Assembly (NCBI RefSeq): GCF_001194135.2
Contig: NC_068995.1
Span: forward strand, 12,192,626-12,232,407
DNA: 39,782 nucleotides
Direction: 5' to 3'
DNA from: Octopus bimaculoides
Taxonomy: Eukaryota
Shown: piece after piece, positions 13,494-26,775 of the stretch
Numbering within the stretch: position 1 is the first letter of the stretch
Layout: each line of letters opens with the position of its first letter
Notes under the pieces: model-generated
What the model saw: the letters and a program-made list of their open reading frames with translations, nothing else
What the model was told of the DNA's origin: nothing
Databases searched by the model: none
Translations under genes and position numbers: made by a program

Positions 13494-13589
13494 GTGAGTG
13501 TAATATTCTAGAGAAGAAACTGCGTGGTAGCTCCTCTTACATACGCTCTTGAGTATACATACGTGTGTGTGAGTGTGTGTGTATGTGTA

Positions 13590-13620
<31 letters not shown>

Positions 13621-14217
13621 AGCGGCGTGTGTATGCGCATATATATATANNNNNNNNNNNNNNNNNNNNNNNNNNNNNNNNNNNNNNNNNNNNNNNNNNN
13701 NNNNNNNNNNNNNNNNNNNNNNNNNNNNNNNNNNNNNNNNNNNNNNNNNNNNNNNNNNNNNNNNNNNNNNNNNNNNNNNNNNNNNNNNNNNNNNNNNNNN
13801 NNNNNNNNNNNNNNNNNNNNNNNNNNNNNNNNNNNNNNNNNNNNNNNNNNNNNNNNNNNNNNNNNNNNNNNNNNNNNNNNNNNNNNNNNNNNNNNNNNNN
13901 NNNNNNNNNNNNNNNNNNNNNNNNNNNNNNNNNNNNNNNNNNNNNNNNNNNNNNNNNNNNNNNNNNNNNNNNNNNNNNNNNNNNNNNNNNNNNNNNNNNN
14001 NNNNNNNNNNNNNNNNNNNNNNNNNNNNNNNNNNNNNNNNNNNNNNNNNNNNNNNNNNNNNNNNNNNNNNNNNNNNNNNNNNNNNNNNNNNNNNNNNNNN
14101 NNNNNNNNNNNNNNNNNNNNNNNNNNNNNNNNNNNNNNNNNNNNNNNNNNNNNNNNNNNNNNNNNNNNNNNNNNNNNNNNNNNNNNNNNNNNNNNNNNNN
14201 NNNNNNNNNNNNNNNNN

Positions 14218-14278
<61 letters not shown>

Positions 14279-15624
14279 GATGGACATATTGATGCATGGA
14301 CGGATGCATGGATACACGGATGAAGAGTTTCGAGAATTAAATATTTCTAATCGGTTTACGAAAGTTTCGGATAAATTGGGACCAGATAATACCATGAACT
14401 ACCAGCCACTTACTTTAATCGATCCATATTTGAGAGAGAGAGAGGGAGAGAGAGGAGAAAGAGAGAAACATACAGAGAGAATGGAACAGAGGCAGACAGA
14501 CAAGTAGTATGGGACACAGTCTGACAAAATAAAAGTTGTCGACAGAACAAAAAAGAGCGCGAGGGAATCAGTTTCTGTTCAAAATTATTAGGCTGATGTA
14601 GTAATGGATGTAGATGGTCATGGCGTTTCGGAAATTATCGTTTTTCAGGACTGTGTGAATATTTGAAGCAAATTAGGAATGACAAGCCAATGTAAAAAGA
14701 GGAATTGAATCGAAAATACTAACTTGAACCTTGTATGCATGCGTGTATTCATATATGTACGCATGTATATTGATAGGTAGGAACGTATATATGTACTTGA
14801 TTGTACATGGAAGACTAAACCGACTGCAAAGTTGGTGTAAAGAAACCATCGAAACTTAATAGATCAACTCCATTTATAATCTCATACTCCTCGACTTTTG
14901 TTTACTTTCGGCGTTGAAATACTCGGCCTCATGTGTATCAGCTTCGATACGCTTTAACTAAATACATAGTCCTACCCTTTCTCGCTCTCTATATACGTAT
15001 ATATATGTACCTATGTTCGTGTTTGTGCAGGGGCTTGAATGTGTATGTGTGTGTGCTTAGCAACGTCTATATGAAGGGTACAGTGAACGTACCTAAGGAG
15101 TGGAAAATGCAACGTTTCGGATAGTGACTTTCATCAGGGAAAATTTAAAGGAGAAAAATATGTGAAAGACAACAGTGTTTTTCATTCTCTATGTTAAGAA
15201 AACAGCTGCTATATGTATACACGCAGTTGCACAGAGACATATAAATACATTTGTAGTTGAGTGTGTGCGCGTGTGTGTACATATAGGTGTAGACGTATAT
15301 GCATATGCACATGTATTTATTTATGGTTATTTATCAACGTGTAAGATATTAAAACTATGGAATATAAAAGCGATTAGCCTAAGCGTTTGCATAAATACTT
15401 TTGAGATACTTTTTCCACACCAACTGCGCAGGCACCCTTAATAATCAAACGAACAAAAAACAAAAAACAAAAAAAATGAAGTCTAAATGATGAAGCCCAA
15501 CGTCGGTAAAATATCATACCAAGTAGTCATTGGGTTTTATGTTTTCTTTTATTGCCGATTGTTGAAAAAATCTGAGGTTTCTTATAGACGCCATTTTTAC
15601 TGAGTTTGTTTTTTAAATATATTC

Positions 15625-15765
15625 TCTCTCCCTTCTCATCTTCGTTCTCTCTCTCTCTCTCTCTATCTCTCTCTCCCTCTCTCTGTATCTCTCTCTCTCT
15701 CTCTCTCTCTCATCTCTTTCCTTCTCTTTCCTCTTCTATCTCTCCTTATCTGTTTCTTCCCCTCT
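15625..15765. repeat. (CT)n-rich polypyrimidine tract
   Basis: Direct reading. Confidence 0.85.
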
Positions 15766-16853
15766 AGTAGACGATCCATTAAGCGTGAGATATCAGATTC
15801 TGCCTCTCGGAACATCATACGAATCTAGCCACAGTCATGAACCAGACAATCCCTCGTTACTCTTTCCATCGTAAATGTAACGAACCAGTAATTGGCCACT
15901 GGGAAAAACCTCCAAACAAACCACACTATTCTACATAAAGTGCCACTCTTCTATAAAAAAAATATAAATAAATAAAGTATTTTTAATCTAATAATATAAT
16001 TATATTTTTATAATGTAATACATTATTTTCATTAAATATACGGTTCGCAAAATACTATGAAAAAATATAATAATAGTGTTGTACAACATAAACGACGATT
16101 AATCAGAGCAAATTCATTTTTCTAATGATGATTGTCTTTGCGCATGCTTAGAAGTCAAATTCTAAGTGATAAATTAATCTCACATTTTTTATACAATGTT
16201 TTGTATGATATTCACTTTGAGGCTGATATGCTTTTATTTTTCCCTGAAACTTCCATTAAGCATCCATCTTTTATTATTCATTGTTTTGTTGAATTTTTTT
16301 TTAATTACTTTTTTTTATTTTTCTAATGTAATTTGTTGAACATTTATCTAAATGTCTCCTTTTAAAAGTTAATATTTGGTCACGTGCGGCCGCAGACTTG
16401 TCATAGTGATGGTTTCATTTGTAGTCGTCGCTTTTATTTAGTTCGAGGCGAGTTGTTATAGAGAACATACATGATAAAAGATCTCCCTGCTGTGTTCAAC
16501 CAATTTTTCTATCAGCATAGTTTAGGTAGCATCATGGTATTTCAAGGTATCCTTTTCCCCAAATAATAGGATACGATTTTGAGGCAGATATATATACATG
16601 GCCAGTGACTCTAACGAGTAGTGCGACGGCGTAGACTAGACAACGTCTGGATAGAAGATGTTAATGCGGAAATGTCTTAAGAAAACATAGTACTCGAGTA
16701 CCAAGGATAAGCTAATGTGCTTTTATTAAAGCTGAAAAATAATCACAAAACTTTTACTCAGAGTTTCACGTTCCGACAAATGGGAACGTGAAACTCCGAT
16801 TAACAGTTTGAATGTAATTTTACCGCTATTAATAAACGTACATATACATACAT

Positions 16854-16884
<31 letters not shown>

Positions 16885-16901
16885 AACACACATATATATA
16901 C

Positions 16902-16938
<37 letters not shown>

Positions 16939-17007
16939 NNNNNNNNNNNNNNNNNNNNNNNNNNNNNNNNNNNNNNNNNNNNNNNNNNNNNNNNNNNNNN
17001 NNNNNNN

Positions 17008-17070
<63 letters not shown>

Positions 17071-17099
17071 CATATACCTATATATATATATATATCTAT

Positions 17100-17141
<42 letters not shown>

Positions 17142-17355
17142 TGAGAGTGAGAGAGAGACAGAGAGATATGATTGAATTTGACTGTCCATGTTTAGTCCAC
17201 TACAGAACGAAGGTCACAGTATGTTCTCTTCACCAACGATGGTCTGATGTGGTGGTCGTGAATTTGAGCCTGAGATCATACTCTTTTCATATGCCTACTC
17301 TACAACAGTGGCTGGACATGGGGGTTTCAAGTTTTACACTCATAACTAACAGTTG

Positions 17356-17516
17356 TTAAATCGATTACATTCGACCCCAGTGCTTAACTGGTACTTATGT
17401 TATTGACCACGGAACGATGAAAGGCAAAGTTGACCTCGGCGGAATTTGAAATAGGAACGTTAGGACAGCGGAAATTCCGCCAAGCTTTTTGCCCGGCGTG
17501 CTCACGACTCTGCCAG
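17356..17516 (-). mobile_element. tRNA-derived SINE, copy B (more diverged)
   Basis: TCGATTACATTCGACCCCAGTGCTTAACTGGTACTT...GATGAAAGGCAAAGTTGACCTCGGCGGAATTTGAA...CTCTGCCAG aligns with copies A, C, D, E. Confidence 0.8.
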
Positions 17517-19123
17517 TACACACACACACACTCGTATATANNNNNNNNNNNNNNNNNNNNNNNNNNNNNNNNNNNNNNNNNNNNNNNNNNNNNNNNNNNN
17601 NNNNNNNNNNNNNNNNNNNNNNNNNNNNNNNNNNNNNNNNNNNNNNNNNNNNNNNNNNNNNNNNNNNNNNNNNNNNNNNNNNNNNNNNNNNNNNNNNNNN
17701 NNNNNNNNNNNNNNNNNNNNNNNNNNNNNNNNNNNNNNNNNNNNNNNNNNNNNNNNNNNNNNNNNCACACATACCTACATATTCACACACACATGCACGT
17801 ATATTTATGTCCTCTGCATCCATTAATTTCTTGTTTACACACACACACACCCAAATATCTACATATGTGTATGTGCATGCGTAGTATAGGAAAGAGAAAA
17901 AGAGAGGAAGAGAGCTTTTAAAGAATTTTCCGTTAGAAACCAAATTTTTGTGAATTCATATATCTATTACCGAAAACTATAAAATCAAAATATTTTGCAG
18001 CACAATATTCTAGAAAGCGATCAATATAGTTTCTTAGAAAAGAAAACACGGCCGCCATGTCAAATAGACATCCCATAATAAGCATGACCTCAATAATGTC
18101 TGAAATAGCCAAATATTTATATATGTATAAAGCTAAGACCTTAGACCGAATAAATATAAATAACCAATTCATGACCGAATAGTATTTCAGTCACCGAATT
18201 CAAATATGCATTCATACGTTGGACCTGATTGACATTTCAAATAACTGCGAAAATTTTCCTCTCAACTTAATTACGTCGATAAGGTTTTATGCTGTGGAAA
18301 ATATATTTTATAATACAATACTTCCATTTACATTTACAGCATACGTGTATTGTAAAATTATCTCCCCGATTTAATATACTTTTATAGATTGGCTGGTAAT
18401 TAAACATTAGATAAAATGAATACGAAAAACCATAGCGAAAGTTAATTAATCTAACTTTTCAAATCTATTATAATTCATGAACTGGGGAAAGGAGACACCC
18501 ATGCTATTTATTTGGATTATGAACGAATTAAGATACGGCTGAGAAAGGGCTTCAATCTGAAACTAGCAATTATTATTCTACAATGGAGCGTGGTGGATTT
18601 TCATTTAAATTTGATTTTCTATATTAATATTTAATACTATGCTTAGGCCTGCTCTACGATAGTCAACGTGAATTAAGAATATAATCTTTATACCATTCAC
18701 TTAAAATGAAAATATAATAAATATAATTCTTAGCCGTGAACGTTTTGGTCCGTTCATAATATGTCGTTTATTTTGCAATGCCGTGAAAATGAATGCAAAC
18801 TCAAAGTCAAGCAAGGTCGATCCTATCCTATCTCTCATTAGATTGTAAATTGTAAATTGAAGCAGGCGAAAATGACGACTCCAGAGAAGCGTTAGAGTCT
18901 TCCAATTGATTTGCTATGGCTGCGACCTGACAAAATCGTTAGCATGCCCGCACACAATATTTAGAAATGTTGCTTCCAATTTTATATTCTTAGTTCGAAT
19001 TCTACCCAATTCATCCTTGCTATTTATACATTCAGGGTCGACAAAATAAGTATCAGTTGAACACTGGCATCAATGTAATCGTCTTTTTATCTTCCCTATA
19101 AATTTCCGTTTTAGAAGGCAGCC

Positions 19124-19660
19124 TTATTTATAGTTCAGTAGACGTATTTTCATCACGTGATTTCACTGCACTACGAAGCACAGCTCTAGAGCCTTGTGTA
19201 TTTGTTGTGGTTTCCTACTTTATTGGACTTGCTTTTCGTAAGAGGTGTGCAGTGCCTGCATACTATATATATTCGTAAGTCCTGGCGTTTCGGTTATGTA
19301 TTTGTGTGTATGGTTTTTAACCATTCTTATAGGGGTTATTTCCCTTTTCAGTCTCCACTTTCAGGTGGTTTCTATATCCAGATCTTTGTATTTCGAGAGT
19401 TTCTGTTTCTTTTCAAGATATATTGTCATCTGTTGTAACTGGTATGTCGATTAGCAGACATCTTTTGTTTTTTTTTTCTTGGGGTTGTCTGACAATATGT
19501 AGCCAATTAACCTTGATCTCTCTAACTCTGTACACTGGGACATCCCAGAGCATGGTTCATTTGTCATTTTCTGAGACCATTTCTGAGATATACCTATACC
19601 ATCTTTTTTATGTTGTCATTTCATAGTGTTGACATAGTTTCCACAGAAAATAGTTAAGAG
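19124..19660 (-). mobile_element. Second, more decayed RLE (R4/Dong-like) non-LTR retrotransposon 3' fragment
   Basis: Minus translation: YFLWKLCQHYEMTT*KRWYRYISEMVSENDK*TMLWDVPVYRVREIKVNWLHIV..KRCLLIDIPVTTDDNIS*KETE..SKYKDLDIE..GTAHLLRKA. It is collinear with the 9.4-10.2 kb element but has a different 3' UTR. Confidence 0.8.
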
Positions 19661-21168
19661 TTCCGAGGTGTTGAGGAGTGAAGAACCACCACTTAGTGAG
19701 TATTGCTTCCATGCCTACCCTGACCAAGCGTAGTAGCACCTGTTAGGGTCACAGTGGATTAGTTGCCCTGTTAGGGAAGAAGCTCCTAGTCTTATAAGTG
19801 CCGTAATAAAGGAAAGGGCTTGGGAACTCAGCAAATCAAGAAGTGGAGACATACAGGAGACCCGGGTCCCTTTTGGACTACCTTTCGGCAAATGCAAGGA
19901 AGGCAATGTCTTCCTCATCTGTAACAGTATCCACATAGAAGAAGGTCATTTCAATATAAAAACCGTCTGCGTACTGGTTGACACTGTTGTCTTAACCCGC
20001 TGAGTAACTCTATGACCTCCAAATCTTATGAGTAGGATGGGATTGTGTATACTCACATTTTAAAACTACTAAATGCAGACAGGAAAAAAAAGAAAACCTC
20101 CAGCGTCGAAAATCGGTTTCCATAGCCACTAGCTGGGATGCCACTCTTCCTCGTGAAATTCGAACCCAAACAAACAGCTACTATGTCTGACCATGTACAA
20201 TTTTTCACATAACTCGATCCAAATGATGCTTTTGCAAATCTCCTCACGGAGCAAACTCTCTGGTCTGCCGGGTAGTGAATGGATCTGAGAGGATTGCTGA
20301 TACATTTAAGTTTAATTATTCGGAATAGATTATGGGCCAACTTGACTGCTACATCAGAGTTTGAACTTAATTTATAGAAAGCTAAAAGTACATACTATGA
20401 AAAATTTTCTGCGTTATTGCAACAGTTATACCATTCAATGCTATCAAATTTCTTTTACCCCGGTATAACTTGTCTTACTCTTAGAACAGTTTTTAAGAGT
20501 TTTTCATCGATTCGTTCTACAATGCAATAAAAACATATTAAAGTCTGTCTTTTATTTTTTTGTATTGATGTCTTCTTTACCACTCACTCTCTTTTTCTAT
20601 ACAAACATAAAATAAAAGGATGACATATATGTCGACTTTTTTATGCCCATTCAGACAAAGTTAAGAGAAGGGATGAAATGGAATTAATTCTCAAAACGTG
20701 TGGAATACGAAAAGAAATAAGTAATAAAAGAGATGTCAATTGAGAAGATGAACAATATACTGGAACACTTACACACACAAAAAAAGAAAATTCTCCTTCA
20801 TCGTCAATTCTTAAAATGATATAAAACGAAGAAAAAAATAAGGTAAAGATACGAGCTCGAACGTATGTAAAAATTTCATATGTCCTAATAGTTGTTCCTG
20901 AACCGGATACTATCATAAATATAAATATATTTATTGCAAGTTTTCAAAAACTCATGCAGTATTTCTTATGCAGCTGCCCTGTTCTAGTTGCCTTCGATAG
21001 ACAGACTCGGGGCAAAGACAATTTGTTAAACTGGAGATAAACAAATGAAATATTTATTATAACTGGCGAAAAAAACAAAAGAGGAATTAAAAATATTAAA
21101 ATGCTAGTTTATTCATAGACCGGAGATTTCAGTTGAAATTAAATATATTATTGTCTATTGAGATACAG

Positions 21169-21259
21169 AGAGAAAGTGGATAGGACGCTAGGGTACCGAA
21201 GACTACTTGTTAATATGCATCTCGTAAACTGTGTGCCAGACAAGCCGTTCTGTCAGGCA
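21169..21259 (+). CDS. Candidate 91 nt exon (EKVDRTLGYRRLLVNMHLVNCVPDKPFCQA)
   Basis: tacag acceptor (weak pyrimidine tract), GCA|gtaagt donor, one open frame phase 2 to 0. Confidence 0.2.
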
Positions 21260-21389
21260 GTAAGTCACGAAGTATACGAGCTGACACGCACCATTCCTCG
21301 CTAGAATGACAGAAGAATATGTATATATGTATGTTTGTATGTATGTTTGTATTTTTCTGCATGGATGTATGTGTATATATGTAACTCAC

Positions 21390-21509
21390 CATTTCTTAAA
21401 GCTTCGTTTCCTCTTTATTCTTCCTCGGTCCTATGTATGCTACTCCTGATTACTAATTCTATATAAACGCTTCATCAAAATGCAAGTTTTGTGTCATGTG
21501 ATTCTCAGT
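21390..21509 (-). other. Candidate 5' UTR exon ending in ATG
   Basis: Minus strand atttcttcag|ACTGAG...AAGAAATG|gtgagt; stops in all three frames upstream of the terminal ATG. Confidence 0.25.
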
Positions 21510-21704
21510 CTGAAGAAATTCTAAGAAGTTCCTTACATGACAATCCAGCATGAACAACATTCTGATTCTTATTAATAAATGAAACATATCCAATGATGAA
21601 TAAATAATATCAGAAAATTTTCTCCCAGTTTTTGTTCTTGAGCAAGACCACTTTACTTCACGTTGCTCGAGTTCACGCTACTCGAAAAATGAGTCGCCAT
21701 GTCA

Positions 21705-21892
21705 CTGAGGTCAAGCTGTATCGGCCTTTGCCGTTCCCTTGGATATAACATCGGTGGCATAAAGAGCGGATGCTGTTATGCATGGGGGACTGCAGGTCGT
21801 CCATAAACAGCCTTTTCCCGACTTGTGCCAGGGAGTGTAACATTTGAGGCGCAATCCTATGATCGTTCATGACCGCAGGAGGTCTTTACCTC
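21705..21892 (-). mobile_element. Fragment of a dispersed SINE/LINE-like repeat (family unassigned)
   Basis: GC-richer block (AAGCTGTATCGGCCTTTGCCGTTCCCTTGGAT...TTCATGACCGCAGGAGGTCTTTACC) resembling a repeat I recall from octopus genomic DNA. Single copy here, so unverified. Confidence 0.4.
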
Positions 21893-22109
21893 ATATAATA
21901 TGGTTTCAAGTGTTGTTATTGAAGTATATCTACTCTGACCGCTTTCCTTAATATTGACCAAGATCAGTGACCGCTGTTTTCTGAGCGACACCAATATACT
22001 TATAGTTTATATATTGGTCTGTGTGTATTTATCAGCATGTCTGTATCTCTCATTTGAACCAGCTATCTGTGTATTTCAACGTCTTCTCAACTAACTGTCG
22101 TTCTATCTA

Positions 22110-22110
22110 A

Positions 22111-22188
<78 letters not shown>

Positions 22189-22310
22189 GTCTGTCTATCT
22201 ATCTATCTATTTATATATCTATCTATTTTTCTATCTTGCTATCCATCTATCTCTCTATCTATTTATCTATATATCTATCTATCTATATATTTATATATCT
22301 ATATATATAA

Positions 22311-22377
<67 letters not shown>
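22110..22377. repeat. Long (TCTA)n microsatellite with variants
   Basis: Direct reading. Confidence 0.95.
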
Positions 22378-22724
22378 NNNNNNNNNNNNNNNNNNNNNNN
22401 NNNNNNNNNNNNNNNNNNNNNNNNNNNNNNNNNNNNNNNNNNNNNNNNNNNNNNNNNNNNNNNNNNNNNNNNNNNNNNNNNNNNNNNNNNNNNNNNNNNN
22501 NNNNNNNNNNNNNNNNNNNNNNNNNNNNNNNNNNNNNNNNNNNNNNNNNNNNNNNNNNNNNNNNNNNNNNNNNNNNNNNNNNNNNNNNNNNNNNNNNNNN
22601 NNNNNNNNNNNNNTATATACGTGTATATACATATATATATATACAGAAAACGCAGTTAGCGTGCAAAACGATTAGCTAGAGGACTTAAGGAAATCGAAGA
22701 GAAAACAAGTCAGAATAAAACATG

Positions 22725-22762
<38 letters not shown>

Positions 22763-23422
22763 TCACACACAAAGACACACACACATATGCATATAATATT
22801 TATGATATTATCCTGTCCAAGAACGTCTATTAGGTAAGATGAAATAAATTTCCAGTTTGTTCAAACTCCTGTTGTTGGTTTTTGGTGTTTTTTTTAAAAC
22901 TTTTTTACCATTTTCAGAATTGACAATAAACTAGAGTTTTTGTGTTCCCCAATGTTGTTCATCTTCTCAACTGACATATCTTTTATTACAGTTTATTTTT
23001 TCTAATATTCCACACGTTTTAGTATTAACTTCATTCCATCCCTACTCCTAAGTTTGTATGAAATGTGCATAAAAAAATTTCGAACGATATGTCAGTCTTC
23101 TATTTTATATATCGAGACAGAATGGGAGAGAGAAGAGAGAAAGCGAGATAATTAGATATGAATAGAGTGCAGGATAGATAGAAAGACAGAGAGAAACAGA
23201 ACGATACAACATAATAAAAGTCAGAGTTTAAATGTTTTTATTGTACAGTAGAATGAAACGATGAAAACCTCTTAAAAGATGTTTTCAGAATAAGTGAAGT
23301 TATTTCGGGATAAATATAGTTAGATAACATTGGTTAATAGTGATATAACTGTGACGTATAATTTGATGTTAAATACGTTTTCCTATATACTTGCATTTTA
23401 TATATATTATATCCTACATTTT

Positions 23423-23505
23423 TTTTTTTTACCTCTTTCAGTCATTACCTTCCGGCCATTCTGGGTGGGGGTGCCTTCAACAAGGGTATAGTCGAATAAA
23501 TCGCA
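23423..23505 (-). mobile_element. Decayed 3' tail of a second SINE-like family
   Basis: Reverse complement GATTTATTCGACTA..AAGGCACCCCCACCCAGAATGGCCGG..AATGACTGAAAGAGGTAAAA aligns with the + strand copy at 35368-35463. Confidence 0.5.
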
Positions 23506-23662
23506 CAAGGAACTTACTTTTCATGTCTGATAATTATTTCACCATTGTCTTCAGGACTGCTGAAGTATTGAGACGTAGAATAATCTCTAGCTCAGTGACT
23601 CACATATACATACTACTACTTGTTTTTGCTTAGTTCAGAATATTCTCGTGTGCTCTCTTCAG

Positions 23663-23731
23663 CTTCGGAAGCTTGCGTCCCCGTATATGTTCATGCCTAT
23701 TTTTAACTCACTGACGACAGAAAATAAAGAG
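23663..23731 (+). CDS. Candidate 69 nt internal coding exon, phase 0/0 (LRKLASPYMFMPIFNSLTTENKE); product unknown
   Basis: Acceptor tgctctcttcag, donor GAG|gtaagc; only one open frame; length divisible by 3. No homology recognised. Confidence 0.4.
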
Positions 23732-25614
23732 GTAAGCCTAGCTAAACTTCGATCCAAGTTCAGATATCTTCAGAGACAGCACCCTTACTTTCGCCTTTCG
23801 GAATAAACGATATTCCTCATTTTCATTCATACTCACTAAACATCGAGACTTCACAACTAAAAGGTTAGCTCGATTTGCATAAGTATTATTTTGCTATTTG
23901 TCCATAGTCAAACATTTAATACTGAACAACTAAACCTCGTATGTTCGATACTTCGAATGCCCATAATAAAATTATATCTTTTTAAAACATACAATCCTTT
24001 TGCCATTCATATGTTGTGCAATACAGTGTAATACAATATTTACATAACTTCTTTTCAACACCACATAGGCTATCATCAGAGAACAGTGAGAACCCACGTT
24101 GTAGCTTACATCTATTTATAGTCACTTGTTGTCGTGACTTCAATGAATCACTTTTTTTTACGTTATTGTTTAAAAATTATCGAAGCATTAAGCAGCGGGA
24201 ATTAGTTTCCCCTCAATGTATATTAAAGAAGCATATCTTTGTTGTAAACAGTGCTAAAGTTTTAAAAACATGGGTTGATATGTAATCGAATAGACTAGAT
24301 AAATGTAAACAATTGCATATATATATATATACATACATACACGCACATACACACACACGCACACACACACATAAATATATATATATATATATATATACAT
24401 GCATACATTCATGCATGCAAACGCACACCGAAACACCCACATATTGGAGATTATATATGAATTAGTATCACAAGAATGAAATAGCGGGTATGTACATATA
24501 TAAGCACACACGCACACACACACACAGGTACGTTTGTATATGATTGTGTGGGTGATGAATGCCTATACATATGTGCGAGCAGGACAGCTGTATACATGTA
24601 TCCTATGTAGCTTTTCCCACACATTTCTAAAGTTTACAGATTCTTGTTGTTCCTGCGAAGAATAGGTGACTGTTGCTACTACGAAGTCGTTGAAGATACC
24701 GGAAAGTCCTCAGAGAAGGCCGGATATACAATCATGTAACTCTGCATGACGAGGAAATTAAGGTCAGCTTCTATAATAATAAAATCCTTTATGAAGATCA
24801 GGTACGATTTAGAATATTCCACTGTCGTTCTGTTCGTAGTGATTAACATGGAGTTTATATTTATATATCGTTGCAGTGTTACGTGGGTGTAGGCTATAAA
24901 CTCAGGTTATGGCTTTCTTTCTCTAGACACACTTCAAAGGAATCGGTGAATCATCGCATGAATACAGTTTAGAAGATTTGAATGAAGATTAACATAGGTG
25001 CAATTAGACGAGCGAAAATGTGACTGCAAGGTAAAGAGATGAACTAGAATAATTAAGAGGAATCTTTTTTGTTTTTATTAAATTTTGCTTTCATTCCAAT
25101 TTAGTTCTTTTTGTAATTAACACGAGAAATCTAAGAGTAACGAGAAATAATCCACGCATTTTTTAACATGCATTAAGGCATGACTTAATAAGCCAGTTGG
25201 AAACTAACTAAAGAAAGTACAAATGGAAAGAAAAAAAATGAAGCGGTATGTTACAGAAAAGAATGTGCTGCATGTTTAATCTCACAGCATGGCTGTTGTG
25301 TAAAATGTCAGGCTTTGAGATGTTGAAAACTATGTATAAATGGAATAAAGGTTGCATAAGAATGTGAATTTTCGAGACACAGATCTTCCGAGGTGATGAT
25401 ATCGCAATAAACGTGTAGGTAAACATGGCGTCAAACTAGACAGAAGGAATGGTACAGCAGTCCGTGAATGCTGTCCTTTTATTTTGCGCTTTCTCCAGTC
25501 TGTCTTCATAATATCTGTAAAAATAAAGTATGAGACGATTTGGCATTGCCATTTTGGCGCCGACTGTTTGGCGTTGCTTATTGGATGATTAATTCTTTGA
25601 TATCAAATACTTTG

Positions 25615-25845
25615 AAATTTCTCTCTTTCCATCTCCCTCTGTCTCCCTCTTTCTGTCTCTCTACCTTTTTCTCTCCCTTCTCTCTTCTCTCTCACTCCCT
25701 TTATCACACCCATTCTCTCCTCTGTCTTTCTCTTTGTGCCTCCCTTCCTGTCACCCTATTTTCTTGCCCTTTCTTTCTTTCTTTCTTTCCCCTCTCTCCT
25801 CTCCTTTCTCTGTCTCTCTATCTCTCTGTCTCTCCTGTTTCTGTG
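25615..25845. repeat. ~230 nt polypyrimidine (CT-rich) tract
   Basis: Direct reading. Confidence 0.85.
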
Positions 25846-26334
25846 TGAGTGATTCTTGTTATTTTTGTAACTTTAATGTCCACCTTTCACTCTTTCTACC
25901 TCTATGTATTTATTTCAATGTGTGCATGTATTTCCGTGCATGTGCGTGCGTGCGCATGTATGTTCATGTGTGTGTGTGTTTGTGTATGTGAGTGAGTGTG
26001 TCTGTGAGTGAGTGTGTCTGTGTTAGTTTGTGTGTGTGAGAGAGAGAGAATGTGTCTGTGTGTGCGTGTGCGTTTGTGTATTTGTCCGTGTTTGTGTTTA
26101 CCTCCAACCCCGAAGTGCACCGTGGCCAAACTATATTGAATGTCCAACCAGCCGTGCTAATAATTCTTCAGCTTCCATACAACCACAGTCAATCGTCACC
26201 TTCCATCTTATCCACCACCAGAATGTACAAACTTATAACAGGGAAACCTTGCAAGGCCTCAACGTACATGTTGGGCGGCCAGCTAAAAATAACGGGCCAA
26301 ATGACTAAAATTATACTGTAGCGAATTTAGAAAA

Positions 26335-26775
26335 TGGTGGTCGTGGTAGTGGTTGTGGTGGTGGTGGTGGTGCTGGTGCTGGTGGCGGCGGCGTCGGCGG
26401 CGCAGCGTCTGTGTTGGATGTGGTGGTGTGATGGTGGTTTTATTGATGGCGGTGATGACGACGAGGCCGACGACAGCAATGATGAAGACGACGACGACGA
26501 CGACAACGNNNNNNNNNNGTGATGGTGGTTGCGGCGGCGTTCGTGGTGGTAACAGTGGTGGTGGTGGTGGTGCTGGTGCTGGTGGCGGCGGCGTCGGCGG
26601 CGCAGCGTCTGTGTTGGATGTGGTGGTGTGATGGTGGTTTTATTGATGGCGGTGATGACGACGAGGCCGACGACAGCAATGATGAAGACGACGACGACGA
26701 CGACAACGACGATGATAATGATGATGATAACGATGACGAGGACATGGATGATGCAATGATGACGACGATGACAAT
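26335..26775. repeat. (GGT)n/(GAC)n/(GAT)n trinucleotide low-complexity block with a 154 bp exact duplication across a 10-N gap
   Basis: 26355-26508 is identical to 26555-26708 (offset 200). Confidence 0.9.
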
